Assembly: GCA_045837725.1 (NCBI GenBank)
Contig: JBEWZL010000184.1
Span: forward strand, 248,001-312,000
DNA from: Vermamoeba vermiformis
Taxonomy: Eukaryota
Direction of reading: 5' to 3'
DNA: 64,000 nt
The translations under genes and the position numbers were made by a program. The notes beneath the pieces are model-generated. The model was not told the origin of the DNA. It was given only the letters and a program-made list of their open reading frames with translations, and did not search any database. Positions 49,435-63,596 of the stretch are shown here, piece after piece (the stretch's first letter is position 1; each line of letters opens with the position of its first letter).

Positions 49435-50542
49435 TTACGCGTCGAGTCCGAAGAGCAGCTTGAGTCCGAGCTTGCCGAACATCTCTTTGTTCTTTTCGAA
49501 GAACTGCTCGACGGTCGTTTGTTTCTCGCGAGGAATGAACTCATCGAGTCTAGAGACTGAATGATCCCAGTCCATGCCTCCTGCGTTGTAACAACGAGCC
49601 ATACCCGACAAATGCTTGATGCTGATCTCGGGGATGAAGCCCTCGAAGGCCTTTGCCCAAACTTCAACAGGCACTTGAACGTAGTTGATCTGCTTGCCGA
49701 GAACCTTTGAAGCCACTTCGAAGTGTTCTTTCCACGAGCCTCTGTTGGGACCCAACAAGGGGATCTGTTGGCCGTAATAGGATTCAGGTGAGACAAGGAG
49801 CTTAGCAATTACTATGCCAAGGTCTTCGCCAGCGATAGGGTGCTATGATTATACTCGTTAATAAGATCATTCTAGTGCGACCAGATCCAGAACTTACGTG
49901 CTTCACGTTCGGATCGTAAGGAACGTAAGCAGTGCTTTCTCTTTGCAAGGCAGGGCCAGGTAGGACAAGGTAGTTCTCCATGAAGTAGTACGGGTTGATA
50001 TGGATGGCACCGATATCAGCCCAGTTGAAGATCTCTTCCGCAGCCCAATGGGCTTTGGTGACATTGCTGAAGTTTTTGCCTTGCTGCATGTCAATCAAAT
50101 TAGTCGATGACTTAGATTTATTACGACCGCAGTACTTACGTCAAGAGCAGCAGCTTGAGACATATTCACGAGTCCTTTCACACCTTCTTCACGCGCTGCC
50201 TTTGCCATGTAAGTCACGGCTCTCAACAGATCCTCAGCGACTGGATAAACGAAGTAGATGCGCTTAACTCCCTACGACAATACAAGTGTTAGTAAGAATA
50301 TCAAATTATCATATTTGTAATAATACCTTCACTGCTTGTCTGACGGACTCGTAGTCGAGGAGATCGCCTTTAAAGATCTCAACGTCGCCTAAAGCCTCCA
50401 AACGAGGGATTCGGTGGTCGATGTTGCGAACGAATGCACGCACTCTATAGCCACGTGCTACCAATTCTTTGGCTGCGTAATAGCCAGTAGATCCGGTTTG
50501 GCCAGATGCGCCAGTAACTAATGCGAGAGGTTTGCTAGACAT
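49435..50542 (-). CDS. NmrA-like NAD(P)-binding atypical SDR
   Basis: LVTGASGQTG Rossmann motif, VRAFVRN, GDLLD and YFMEN. Confidence 0.88.
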
Positions 50543-50901
50543 GTTGTAGATTGTAGTGAGTAGTAGGTTTGTGTTGTTGTTTTGTTTGTTGTTGAGTATA
50601 ATCCATCCGCGATTAATCTTTTATAGTTGTTGCGGAATTCCCCTACCTTGCCGTCTTCCGTACACATCCGGAGGGAGGAAAATCAAGTCCGTCGGAATAA
50701 AACAAGGGAGGCACCTTCAAATGTTCACGAATACCTAATATTCCGAATGTATGACTTTCTCCTTACCGTCTGAAGTCTAAGAAGCTCGCAAAATGTTCGA
50801 AATCAAATCCGGTCACAAAGCCTCCGATCGGTTGTGTCCGACGAAAACTGGCCAACAAACATTAACCCGATTGTCTAAACACTACCACAAGTTAGACACT
50901 A

Positions 50902-51886
50902 TCACTTGAGATATGTTCGTAGTATAGACGTACCATTGCGCGGCTGTAGTATAGCCAGACCGATCCGCGGAGGATCACGCGAAAGGAAGCTGGATTCTCG
51001 ATGCGACGTATTGCTGCGTAGTACGGCACTAATTTGCAAATATTTCGAATGTATATTGGTAGGTATATTATTCTCCGCAAAGGTAAGCGTTTTAATTACA
51101 AACTATGATACAAGCCTGTTGCGAGATGAAAAATAAATCAAAAATTAATTACCAACGGCCTTTGCTTTCTGGCGTTTAGAGACTGGATTCGTGTTATATA
51201 GTCCTCTGTAATATATGAAATAACGTTAATATAATTTTCTGAAGCCGTTTTGATTTAAATTTTAAGTGCCAGGGAAAACGGCGCGATGTCGATCAAAGCG
51301 CTTACCTTGCTGGATGAAACCTGCCGCGAACAGCTCTTTGACCTTGTCGAGTTCTGCATCAATTTCTTCCGTAGAGGCTACTGTGTGCGCTTCTTGTGGA
51401 GAGGTGTAGGGACTTTGTCCTAGGATCATCGATGCGGTCTTCTTCTCGCTTCCACTGCGGTATGTATCGTACAAAATATATTGGCGCGTGAGTGAGAACG
51501 ACAGACAAGTGGAATCCGATGCGCTGCTGAGAGAGGTTGCCTTTACCGCGGATTGGGACAGATTTTGTCTTAGCGCTTGCAACTTATTAATAATTTTCGC
51601 GCCATTACCATTATTATTTACAGTATTGACATTGCTGATGTTATTAAACACGTTGGAAGTATTGTTAGAATTATTCAAATAATTGTCCAAGTCTTCATCC
51701 AGCGTAGTTAACTGGCGAGAGAAGCCAAGACCTCCAACGTCTGCTGCATATTAATACGTGAATACGTATATATAATCAAGAAAAAATTGAGATATTTGAA
51801 ATTCAAACAACACAAAGTTAACTCGCCTTCTGATCAAAAAAAGAGGTAAGTTGACTGAAAGAATATTTCAATAGTTACTTACCCAT
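50902..51886 (-). CDS. Hypothetical Asn-rich protein with SHOCT-like motif
   Basis: Spliced ELDKVKELFAAGFIQQEDY..R resembles a SHOCT motif; the exon structure is partly uncertain. Confidence 0.5.
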
Positions 51887-52184
51887 TGTTTACAAGGGAT
51901 GTTAGAAGCCAAAACTACGGTGGGGTCCTTTCTGAATTTGCTTTGAAATTGCCGTGAACATCATTTTTCGGATCGAACACGTGCTTTTTGGTCCCGAACC
52001 AATAACGTCAATCATCTTTAATCAGCCAAATGTACGACCTAAATAACGCCAGCCATTATGACCCGAGTGCAAGGACCAAATATTGAGGCCCTTTTCGCTG
52101 ATCAAAAAAGGTATTTATGGCAACCATTTGCGGTTGCTTTGAACCAAAATTTAATTTGAAACTAGTTACGATACAATTATAGAC

Positions 52185-52876
52185 ATGGCACAAACGACTA
52201 AGGTTAGCGCCACTCGTACCACAGCTAACCCTGAGCCGCAAGATCCTTTAGGCAGATCTTTAGCGAACCAACGAACGGAGAAAAAGATGGCGTTCGTATT
52301 GGACAAATTAAAGAAGTGGGCGGAGTATCATAGAGCTTCACTCCCGTTAGGAGCCAGAGATCCGATCGTTAATTTAATTTACCAATTTATGAAGGAAGTT
52401 CCGCCTACAAACTTCGGACCTGCGGGTATGGCTGCTACTGGTATATTACTAGTATCTACATTTGATTCGGAACTATTCGTTACGCACGAAGATTTGGAGA
52501 ATTATTTTGGAGTCACCAGCGCCAGGATGGTTAGGTACTACAACCAGGTCTTTGGACTGTTTCAAGAGTTCGTTAACAAAAAGGTATGTCGCAGGCATTA
52601 AATATAAATATAATTATATTGATTACTTCACCAGACGTGCGGTTTAAGTTACGGTTAGTTAGACGAAGACAGATCCTGGCGAGTACGCCGCTGACCAATC
52701 TGAAGTCAATCTTCAATTTGGAAGACCCTCCTAATACCTTGTTTATCGCGAACGATATCGGAGAACAGATTCATCACCTGCTTCCGAATAACGAGTATTA
52801 TTTGAAACAACTAGAAATTCCGACACCACCGCTTGTAGGGCCGACTTTATGGGCTATATACTCTAGCTTTGTATAA
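52185..52876 (+). CDS. TFIIB-type cyclin-fold-like protein, paralog A (apparent frameshift in last exon)
   Basis: PAGMAATGILLVS..VTHEDLENYFGVTSARM resembles a TFIIB core repeat; clear homology to 53004-53709. Confidence 0.5.
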
Positions 52877-53003
52877 CTAATTAAATATCTTTCTATGTAA
52901 TATTAATAAGCCAAGCTTCTGTTACCACTCATTTGCACCTCTTCGGTTAAAATTAATTTTCTTTGCCGATTTTCGTTCATTATTGTCAATACAAGAATAG
53001 TGA

Positions 53004-53709
53004 ATGGCACAAGTCGCACATTTAAGCGTAGATTCAGCTAAAAGCGAAAAACATGTTCTACTTCGACAAGATCCCGGTGGCGCTTGGTTTGAAGACGAAT
53101 ACATGGGCCAAGAAGTATTAGCGAGAATTAATACAATGGTAGAAGAATGGGCAAACGATCACGAAGATATGATACCTCTTGGTGCAGAAGATCCGCTCGT
53201 GCTCGTCATTCGCAAGTTTATCCAATTTGCGCCACCTTTGAATCAAACTGCTGCTACAATTGCAGCCGCCTGTATCTTATTGGCAAAAACATTTGACGCT
53301 ACTATATCGGTGACAGCTGCAGATTTAGCAGGTTATTTTGAAACAAAGGAGTCAAATATTGTATGGTACTTTCATCAGCAGTTTCAGAGGTACACCTCGT
53401 TCACAAAAAATCAGGTACTTTGCGTTTTGATTTCACAACTTGTTGATTAACTGTGGTCAGACGTGCATTATACGAGGGAACGGACAAAGCAGAAGAATAC
53501 ATTATTCTACGCCTTTCAACGTAGTAGTAGGTTATTTCAGATTGCCAACAGAGGCACAAAATTATCGCGTGGCAACTATGGATAGGCAAGTGGCTGAGTA
53601 TCTGGTTCCTGGTACAGAGTACTACATTGCACGATACCATGAATCACAATGGCATCGATTCTTATCTTGGTTCGATCAATGTTGTTGCTCGGAAAACTTT
53701 GATTATTAA
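53004..53709 (+). CDS. TFIIB-type cyclin-fold-like protein, paralog B
   Basis: ATIAAACILLAK..VTAADLAGYFETKESNI; two exons in frame. Confidence 0.55.
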
Positions 53710-53912
53710 TAATAAATTTGAAATTTAACTACAAGCGGTGTTTTTCAACCGCGTGAAGTTCGTGATGAATCGGCAATTTTTTTATTACACAACTCACGCG
53801 TTGATAAACACAGTTCTTAGAATTAAAAGTAGAGACCAAACACTCGATTTTAGAGCGTTCATAGCGCTTAAAACGTAATTTATAAACGAGCAAACAGTGC
53901 TGACGCAGCACT

Positions 53913-56900
53913 ATGTGGATCATACCTCGAATCGATGATGCCTTTGGTCCCTTTTGGGAAGTAATCGCAGAAAATGAATGTACGTATTGATTGTATAATT
54001 ATCAAGCCGTTTAGCAATTTTTTGAGGTGATTCTGTTTCGCAAATTGAATGGATGTGATTAATTAATTATTAAAAAATCTAAATAATTATTAATATGATA
54101 TTAGACTTCAAGATGCTCAAATACAAAAGCGGTGGCTTGTTTATGGGCATTGTGAAAACTGTAAGAACGGTTAATCCACTCGGATCCAATCCAAACGGCT
54201 ACAGGTACGATTATTAATTAGCAAAATACTCTTATTATATGTTAGTTAAGAATATTACTGCAAGTTCCCATTCTTAGCACGAATTTATTTGAAATTTTTG
54301 ATTATTTCGAAATTTGGCGTTCGTGTAACGATTAACGCCAATTATTTAAATATAGGATCGTCATGAAAAGGAAGAATGAATCGTGGCTAGTGGCTGTTGC
54401 TGATAAGAAAGAAACAATAGACAAACATTGGAATTATTTGACGAACGATCTGATGCCCAGTACGCTTCAAATGGAGGACCAAGAGGACGCCTATAATTTC
54501 TTCGTGAGTAAAATCTCTGGATTAGCGCAATTAGAAGAAGGAGAAGAAGGCAAGAGCGAGAAGAAAATTGGTTCATTTCATTCTCTATTTCCTGAGTTAC
54601 CGAGTGAGCGCGTCGTAACCTGTAAGTCCAAACCATATTATTATACCTATTAATTTACCATTAATATAATACTATATTGAAATTATAATAAGCGTATTAA
54701 GAGCGAAGTTTAATTTTGGAGTTTAGATTATGATGGCGCGATCCGCGAAGAAGGTCATTTAGCCCCGTTAACAGGCACGTTATTCTTGACTGAAAGATAT
54801 ATTTGTTTCAATGCTATTGGATTGAAGCCACGAAAGATCGTAGTACCGTTCAAAGATGTGACGTCGTTATCAAAAGACAGTATTTTAGTGCTCGGTACAG
54901 CTGTTAAGATAATCACTGCGCATACATCAGTAAGAATTATATATTTATAAAGCTATTAATATGCAAGAATTAAGCTCAATATCGTGCTAATTTCATGTTT
55001 TATTAGTACATGTTCATCACGCTAAAACGCGATGCCGCGTATGATGTGCTTGAAAATTTGTGGCAAGTAAGTAGCTTATTAGTATAGTAGCCGTCAAGCA
55101 CACGTTAAGTTAATGTATGTTACATCATAGGCCTGTCTTAAACAATGGCACGCAGAGCTAGATCCGGACTCCTCTCGATCACCAAAATCTTCGCCAGGTG
55201 TACTAAGGGTATGTCAATTTAATTCATTTAAACAATGCTAATAGATAATAGATGAACAAGGCGCAATTAGATGTGGCAAAAAAGAACCAGGAATTCCGAC
55301 GACGATTTCATGTACCAGATGAAGTTATCAAAGGTAATCCAACCTCGAGTTTAATAGTAATATAGACTAATACTAATTATCGTCTTAGTCTATTGGGGCA
55401 GTGTCCAAAGATATGGCCGACTGTTTGTTGGCAAGATGTATATAAGCGAGAACTTTTGCTGTTTTCATGCCGGGGACGAGGACACGAAATTCGTTACAGT
55501 AAGTAGAAAAGCGATCAATAATATATATATATATAAATAACGTATGTCTCGTAGATTGTATTGCCGTGGAAGTACGTGCGAACAATTGAAAAGCACACGA
55601 CGATGTTGGGATTTGTACATAATGGAATCAAGTTTTATACTGAGAACGAAGAGGTACGTATCTCGTTATTATAGTTATCGCAGAAAGTATATTGTCGTGC
55701 TCGTATTAACACATTTTTTGTAGTTCCCGTTCTTCTCCAGTGCACGTGATGAGATCTACGAACTGGCTGAAAAATTACGCGTCGAACGAATAGCCTATAA
55801 TGAGAAACGTGCTGAATTATCGCGAATGTAAGCGATTATTAATTACTAATTACTGTAGTGCTAATATAGCCTCTTTAGTACATTGATCAATCATGACGCG
55901 TGGACTTTGGATGCCGAACGGCTGATTGCCAAGGAGTACCAAGACGAACAAGTACGTAGTATTATTGTATATTAAAAGTATATGATTATAATAATATCGG
56001 TTAATAGGCTGATTTGAAAGCGATGTGGAACAAGAGCTTCAAAAAGCACGGCGCGTGGCCAATTATGAGCGTAACGCGGTCACTTGATCGACGAGTACGG
56101 AAAGGCATTCCCGATGATTATAGAGGTACGATCAATACGCATAGATTCGTGAATACAAAACTGAAATTGTGTTTCGCGGAGCGGAAGATTTGTGACACTC
56201 GTCGACGACCGAATCTTCGTTCGAAAAGCTTATAGAAACTGATTCTTAATCTTACTTTAATTAGGACATTTATGGCAAATGTTATCTGGATCACTTCACT
56301 CGCTTGAAGCCAATCCTGGAGTTTATCCAGAACTGTTGATGCAACAAAGAAAAGATAACGAGAAAGAAGAAATAGATCAAATAGAACGCGTAAGTGACAT
56401 TAATTTATTTTTATTAGATCTGGATGCGGTTTCAATGTAATTTACTTTTCGGGTAATTGTGATTTTTGACCGTAATAACGGAGGTGTCATGTATCAGGAT
56501 ATCACGCGTAGTTTGCCTTCGCATCCGTTCTACAAGGGGCACGGTGAAGGCACCAATTTGATTCGTAACGTCTTGATTGCTTATAGCCGTCGAGCACCGC
56601 AAATAGGCTATTGTCAGTCTATGGTACGTGTTACACATTTTTTTCTTGGCGGATCTGACTCTCAATTTAGAACATCATTGCCGCGACACTACTGTTGTAT
56701 ATGTCCGAAGAAGAAGCGTTTTGGCTCTTGTGCACTATTTGCGAGGACATTGTGCCTGATTATTATAACAAACAGTTGTTGGGCTCAATCATCGATCAAC
56801 AAATTTTCACGCAGTTAGTGTCGATCTATTTGCCCGAGATTGACGAGCATCTCAAAAAGGTAAAAATACATCATGATACAATTCGACGTTCTTGCATTAG

Positions 56901-58217
56901 TACTAATGTATTGTACTCAGTTGGGCTTGCCTATTGAAGCACTGTCATTGCCGTGGTTCATGTGCCTGTTTATTGGCTACTTGCCGTGGCAGGTACGTAT
57001 TGACCTTGTGACATGTACTGTAACACCTACAAATGATTGACATTGATGACACTAGGCTACTTTGAGAGTACTCGACTGCGTGTTCTTCACACGCGATCCT
57101 ATGACTCTATTACAGTTCGGCTTGGCTATTTTAGAGCTCAACAAAGAGGCTATTCTGAGTCACGAGGACGGCGAGGGTGTCACCATTGTGATGAAAGACT
57201 TCGCTTGTGACGTCGATGACTTGATCAACGTACGTACTCTAGCATAGTCATTGCCGGGCTAATGATATATTATAGACTGCCTTCCGTCAATTCGGCGATT
57301 TGCCGTTTGAAAAGATCGCTGAAATGAAGAACAAACAAAAGTTTTTGGCGCTCAAAGACATTGAAGCTACAACGAAACGAGATCAAGAAGATTTGTTCAA
57401 AATGCACAAAAAGAAGTGCAAGTACTCTTATAGTAGTTTATATAACATATTAATGGTTTTGTAGTTAAATCGCACGAGGTAACCGAGATCTGCGAACGAT
57501 TCGATAGTGCGGTGAAACAAGGCGAGGCAAAGGGCTTTGCAGTCGATAGAGCTCGCTTCATTGAACTGTTGCACCATTACTTGCCTAATATGGCAATGCA
57601 ACAAGGCACCTTCATTAACAGAAACGAACTGGACGAGTTACTATTCCAGGTAAGGTTCAAGGGATTCTCCGTCCGAGCTATTTTTAACCACGTGTTCTAT
57701 TTCAGTACGCCTCGAAAAAGGAAGGCAAGCAGGTCGAGTTTAGAGATTTCGTTAATGTTATGGCTCACGTGTGGCGCGGGGACTTGGTCGAAAAGTTCAG
57801 AGGTACGTGTGTCACGTTGTACTTTTTGCCTCATTTCCAGCTACTTGATTATATTGCAAACCATTTACAAATAATATTTAACTAACCTTCATATTATTAT
57901 AGTTTGCTACAGGCTTTATTTCGACGAGGAGATGAAAATTGACAGGAATAATTTGTTGAAGATTTTAAAGACTCTGTACAGGTACGGATACGATAATTAG
58001 GAGTTATAATTACCATAAAAGGAAATCGTATTAATGGTTTAATAGCATCCATTGTGGAGAGCTGGAGGCAACGCAAAACCCCAAAAACGAAATCCGGTTG
58101 AAACAATTTATCGAACTCGTATTCCTCTCCTTAGAAAAACTGAACTACGAGCAAATTTGCAACGCGTTAATTAAGGGAGGTCAATTGGAGGAGTTTTGGA
58201 CGCAACTGTACATATAA
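53913..58217 (+). CDS. TBC1D8/9-like Rab GAP (two GRAM domains, TBC domain, EF-hand-like C-terminus)
   Basis: GRAM motifs GTLFLTERYICF and GKMYISENFCCF; TBC motifs RKGIP..R..LW, QIERDITRS, IGYCQSMN, EEEAFWLL and PWFMCLF. Confidence 0.9.
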
Positions 58218-58616
58218 GATCTGCATCCAAAGTCTGACTTCTTATTTATTGCTTACCTCAATGTAAGTTCGAATTATGTATCCCCATATTAAAAAGGCAC
58301 TTAAGATATTATTATTAAGTGTTTCGGCCGAGTTTCGGTTCAAGAGATCCAACCGTACTATTAGTTTTTCCTGACAGCAGTCGGATCTATGTTTAATTTC
58401 ATTAATTCCGTTACTATGTTTGCTATAATTCTATAGATAGTGTCGAGCATTCGAATCATAGTTTGAAAAGCCACGTGATAGATGTCACGGAGGCCTGTCA
58501 AAAAAAATGAATGCAATTTGAAAGAAATTAATTCAACAAAAGATTTTGTTCAACGTACAACGCACAACACCCGTGCTAATTAAATCAATACTAGCAGGTC
58601 CTTATTGCATTAATTA

Positions 58617-61600
58617 ATGCTGCGCAAATCACTTTCCGTGTGGCGCGCAGCAGAAAAGCCTGTTCCTGTCGAGGCGGCTGAAGTGCATCTGCTCGTAGAA
58701 AATTTATTAAAAACGTCAAAGGAGAAGCAAAAGGTCTACGAGAAGAAAGAGGACGCGAAGAAATCATTCGAGGCCTTAATAGAAGTGTTGTCTAGTATTG
58801 AAGAGACTATCAAATCTGAAGTCCTCGTGCGGGACTTGGAAGATTGGAATTACGATATTAGAGTAAGTCGATTGAATATAATTTATTATACACAATCACC
58901 TAAATTTCATATTCCGCTTGTTCTTCTTTGTCATCTGTCAAAGTAAATTTTGTAACAAGGAGATCTGACGGAGTATTTATTCTTACAATAATTACTCCCT
59001 GGTTTAATAATGATAGTGTCTTATTACTTTTATACTTATCGAATATTGTCGTATTTTTCTTTTTCCGGCCCTTTATAATGGCTGTAAATTGTTTAATTAA
59101 TAGGAGGAAGTTTTGCAATAATTAAAGGCGTAATTTGCGGCGCAATTCGAATTAAATCAATATTTTACATAGCATATAGATCATATTTCATCTATAAAAT
59201 CATTTTCGGCATTATCGAGTCAATTTTCTTACTGGATGTCGAATTCCTGTCAATCCTATTGCTATTTATCCGCTGAAGCTAGTAAGATTATTTTGCTGAT
59301 TCTAATTTATAGGGAACATGGGGCGTTTTATTTTGGATGATCCGCCAAATTGTGGAGTCAGTCCAGAAGAACTTTGAAGATAATTTCCCTTCAAAGCCGA
59401 AGACCGAAGGATTTTCTCTTTGGGGCTGGTGGAAGAGCGCGACACCTGGCATTGAAGAAATTAACGATGATATTCTGGATTTGCAAACTTTGGATCAGGT
59501 AAAAATCGAACGCATGTTATTTAATGTCAATAATAGCAATCAATATTTGATAATACTATTATTGTTTATTTATAGCATTAAGAAACGTCGATCTAACGCT
59601 CGTGTTTCAGATTTTTCCGTTACTCGTGCTTGTCAGTCATGGAGAGAATTACACGGGAGAAGCGTTCTTAGATGAAATCCTTAAGACAGAAATATATATC
59701 AGGCCATTTTGGTACAGTGTAAGTCAACAAGCTAAGTCAGATCCGACAATTATCTGTTTTGCCTAATTTGGAAAAATTAACGTAATATTGATGCCGATAA
59801 ATATCTATACCTAATAATCCATTAATTATTAGTGGGAGCCTGGTCTTGCGAAATTTAAAGATATTTTCAATTACATGAAAACAACGGCCGTACAAGCCCA
59901 CAAACGAAAAGGATTTTTTGGAGCTATTATGAGAGTGCCCGATAATGTTGCTGCCTTAGTGAGAACGAATACTGTTCGCGTAAGTAGCATTATTATTAAG
60001 CTATTCTAAGCCAGTTTCGCATTACGAACGATGACTGAAAATTTGGCGGCAAAAAGAGTTTAAGACCGACAAATAGAGTTTATGACTAATAGTGATTTTA
60101 TTAATATAGACGCATGAATTATGCGAAAGTGAGGCCAGCGCTGAATTATTGCGAAGTTTGTGGCACATGCCCGAAGATGGTATTGCAGGTCGATTACTGA
60201 ACCTTACCTTGACTTCAATTAAGGTAAAATTGATTATAATTGATAGACCTCGGGACCTATATTTAATATAATACTAATCTATTCATATAAAGGTCAGTGA
60301 AAAGATTATTATCCATCGCGAAGAGGGTCCTATTCCGTGTCGAATTATTTACGCGAAAGAATTGCCCTTTGCAATTCCAGAGGAATTACGTACTGCTGCT
60401 AAGTAAGTCATAACGCTAAATATCATAGATTTTTGTGGATCGGCATTGCAGACATTCGACAGGCATTGACACTTAAAATTTTCCTTTTTAGGAAAGTGGT
60501 TCAGTCGAGCACCGGAAGTGCAGTAACTAAAGTCATTTCAATCGACGATGACAAGCCGATGGTTTCTGACGCACCATTGCCTGCACCAAAGACACCCGAG
60601 AAGATGATCTCGAGTCAGTTGGAGACCCTGAACGATAACAATGTCATTCGTCGTCGTAGCTCGAGAAACTTGTTGCGTGGTCGAGTTATTAATACGAACA
60701 AGGCCTCTCTACGAAACTCCGGATTAAATAGCAGCAAAGAAACACTCGGATCCAGCGCTGCGACCATCAAGTCTACCGAAAGCCCTGTTACGACCAGTCA
60801 AGTCTCGTTCTCTGAGACATCAGCTAGCGAGACAGAAGATAAGTCCTCGCAGCAGAATACCGAAATTGATGTATCAGAGGGACCTAGCAGTGTCGCCAGC
60901 TTGCCTCCAAGAGCTAGCACTCAGCTGACCGGATCTGGTTTTTCAACAGTCAGCCAATCAGACACAATCGAGGCATCGAGCAACTCTAATATCAATCAAT
61001 CGTCTGACAGCATTCAGACGCCTGTAAACAGCGCTCCTCAGCTGAACATTGACTTGCGCAGAAGTTACACGAACGTCAACAGAGCTATGATTAAGAAGCT
61101 GCAGTCCACGCCTTCTCGCGCTAACTTGTTCAGTCCGGTTATTCGCAAGGGACCTTCATTGCAAGTCATTGCAAATGCAAACAAGCTCAGCAGATCCACG
61201 ACAAGCATTCAGATCCCGTCTCCTCGTCGCGATCCTTCTCCGACACTGGAATCCAGCACTGAAAAGAGATCGCCAAGAAAGGAAAAAGACGACGATGTGG
61301 TCTCATCTAAGGTCAAGACAAAGTCACCGAGCAAAGAGAAATTGAAAAAATTGCCCGAAGAACCGTCCCCACGCCCTGAATCCCCCGCTAGTGGTCGAAG
61401 AATTATGTTCCAAGATGAAGTCTCGCCTAAAGCAAGCGAATCTAGTTCCGCTCGTAAAACAACTAGCAGCGAAAAATTGGATCTGGCCAAGGCTCGTAGA
61501 ACTTCGAGTAACGATGAAAAATTGAAGAAAATGATTGAAGACAATAGAGACATCCCGGAGAAGAAGGAAAAGGATAAGAAGGACAAAAAGGAGAAAGAGA

Positions 61601-63596
61601 AGAAGAGCAAGGAGCGTTTGGATGCCTCAGACGACATTAAATCCTCGCGCAAGAAGATCTCGACGGATCATCTGATCATGTCTGTGGATGACACCAAGAT
61701 CAGCAAGAGACATAAGAGGGATAAATCTAAATCATCTAAGAGCAGAGATTTGGACAATTCTCTTGAAGATTCAAGCTCGTCTAAGGTCAAAAGAAAATCG
61801 AGCAACGATGATCGCGTTCTTTCGATCAGATCTGACAGTGGCTCGAGAAGTCCCAGTCCTAATCGATCAAGAAACGAATCAGACCTCGAAAAATCGTCGG
61901 ATATGTCCTCGCCAAAGACTCCCAAGAAGGACTCAGCACCCAGATCAGGTTCTGGCTCGACATCCGGATCTCGAACTACAAGCCCCTTGCGTGGCGCAGG
62001 CACTTCGACCTCGATAGAACTTGAAGGCACCCCTGTTAGCAGCTTATTATCGAGCGTTAGAAGCCGTAGCCCAACTGTCGATTACTCCGGCCCTGGATCT
62101 TTGACCACTTCATTGGAGGCCAGCGAAAGTAAGAGCAAAAAAGACAAAAAATTCGAGAAAGAAAAGGAAAAGAAGGAAAAGAAGGAGAAAGAGAAAGAAA
62201 AGAAAGAGAAAAAAGAAAAGAAGACTTTAGGCCGAACCAGAGCAACGACTTTAAAAATTTCAAAATCCGGAGCTGACGTACAAGATCCGAAGAACTATCG
62301 ATCGATTTCATTCGAAGCTTCAGACGTTAAGAAGCACAGTTTGAATCCAAAGTTCAAATTGTCGCGCAAGCACGTCAAGAGTCCTAAACATGAGTTGCCA
62401 GTCATTTTGCATTTCCATGGTGGCGGTTTCTTATCGGGTAAAGCATTAATATTATATCCTTAATATAGCTAGATGATATCATATCATCAACGATTAGCAA
62501 GTTACAAACCTTGAGATTCGGATGCGATCTTTTTTGTTCGAGCGAGCCTTTGAGCTGAAATTTAGTGTCGTGCAATATTGATTAACATAATATATGTATG
62601 ATAATAATGATATTATGCTAATTATGAATTACTCAGGCAATGCTAAGAGCCACGAGACTTACTTGCGAGAATGGGCCAAATCTACTGGTGCATTAATTAT
62701 TAGTGTCGATTATACACTAGCTCCTGACGCAAAGTATCCCTATGCTCTCGATGAATGCTACTACGTTTACGAGTGGCTCGTTAGTGGCAAGAATCAGCTC
62801 GGCATCTATCCTTCCAAGATCATCCTCGCTGGTGACTCTGCTGGAGGAAATTTTGTCTTGGGAGTCACTTTCAAGGTACGTCTATGAGCGCATAAATTCA
62901 CATTCATATTTAAATTCATGAATAAGCAAATTTCCAACTGTTGCGATTAAAGTTTTTACGGCATCCGTTGAAAATCTTTTATGTACCTCGCAATTATTTG
63001 TTATATAGCTATGAAGCTTATCATGCAATGCGTTTAACGCTATATTTCCTTATTAGGCTATTGCAAACAACATTAGAGTACCGGATGCACTTTTGTGCTC
63101 GTACCCAGCTTTGGATCTCCGTCGAATGCCAACGCCTAGCCGTCTGATGTTTATGGAAGACATCTTGGTGCCTCATTATTTCTTAGAAATCTGTTTGAAG
63201 GCTTATTGCGAAGGCACTGGCGATCCGTTCTCAGATCCGCTCTTATCGCCCGTCTTAGCCGACGATGAGTTGCTTTCAAAATTGCCGGATCAGATGTACT
63301 TCTTCTGCGGAGGCTACGACCCATTGCTAGACGATACTGCGCTGTTCACTAAGCGCTTGGATCAAGTGGGTAAAAACTACGAATTCTTCCTACATCCGGG
63401 CTTGCCGCACGGCTTTTTGAACTTTGGCTCGTTCCTGGTCGACGCGCATACAGCTATGATTCAAGAGTGCGACGTCTTAACGAAGATAGTCAAAGGAGAA
63501 GCTGTAACTCGAACGCCCAAGTTGAATCCGTCATCTCCTCTACAACAAAAACGAGGCAAGAGATCTATGTCTGCCATGGGAGATTCGAAGAAATAA
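58617..63596 (+). CDS. Hormone-sensitive-lipase-family alpha/beta hydrolase with large disordered insert
   Basis: ILHFHGGGF, SHETYLREWAK, SVDYTLAP, GDSAGGN, DPLLDD and PHGFLNF. Confidence 0.92.
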
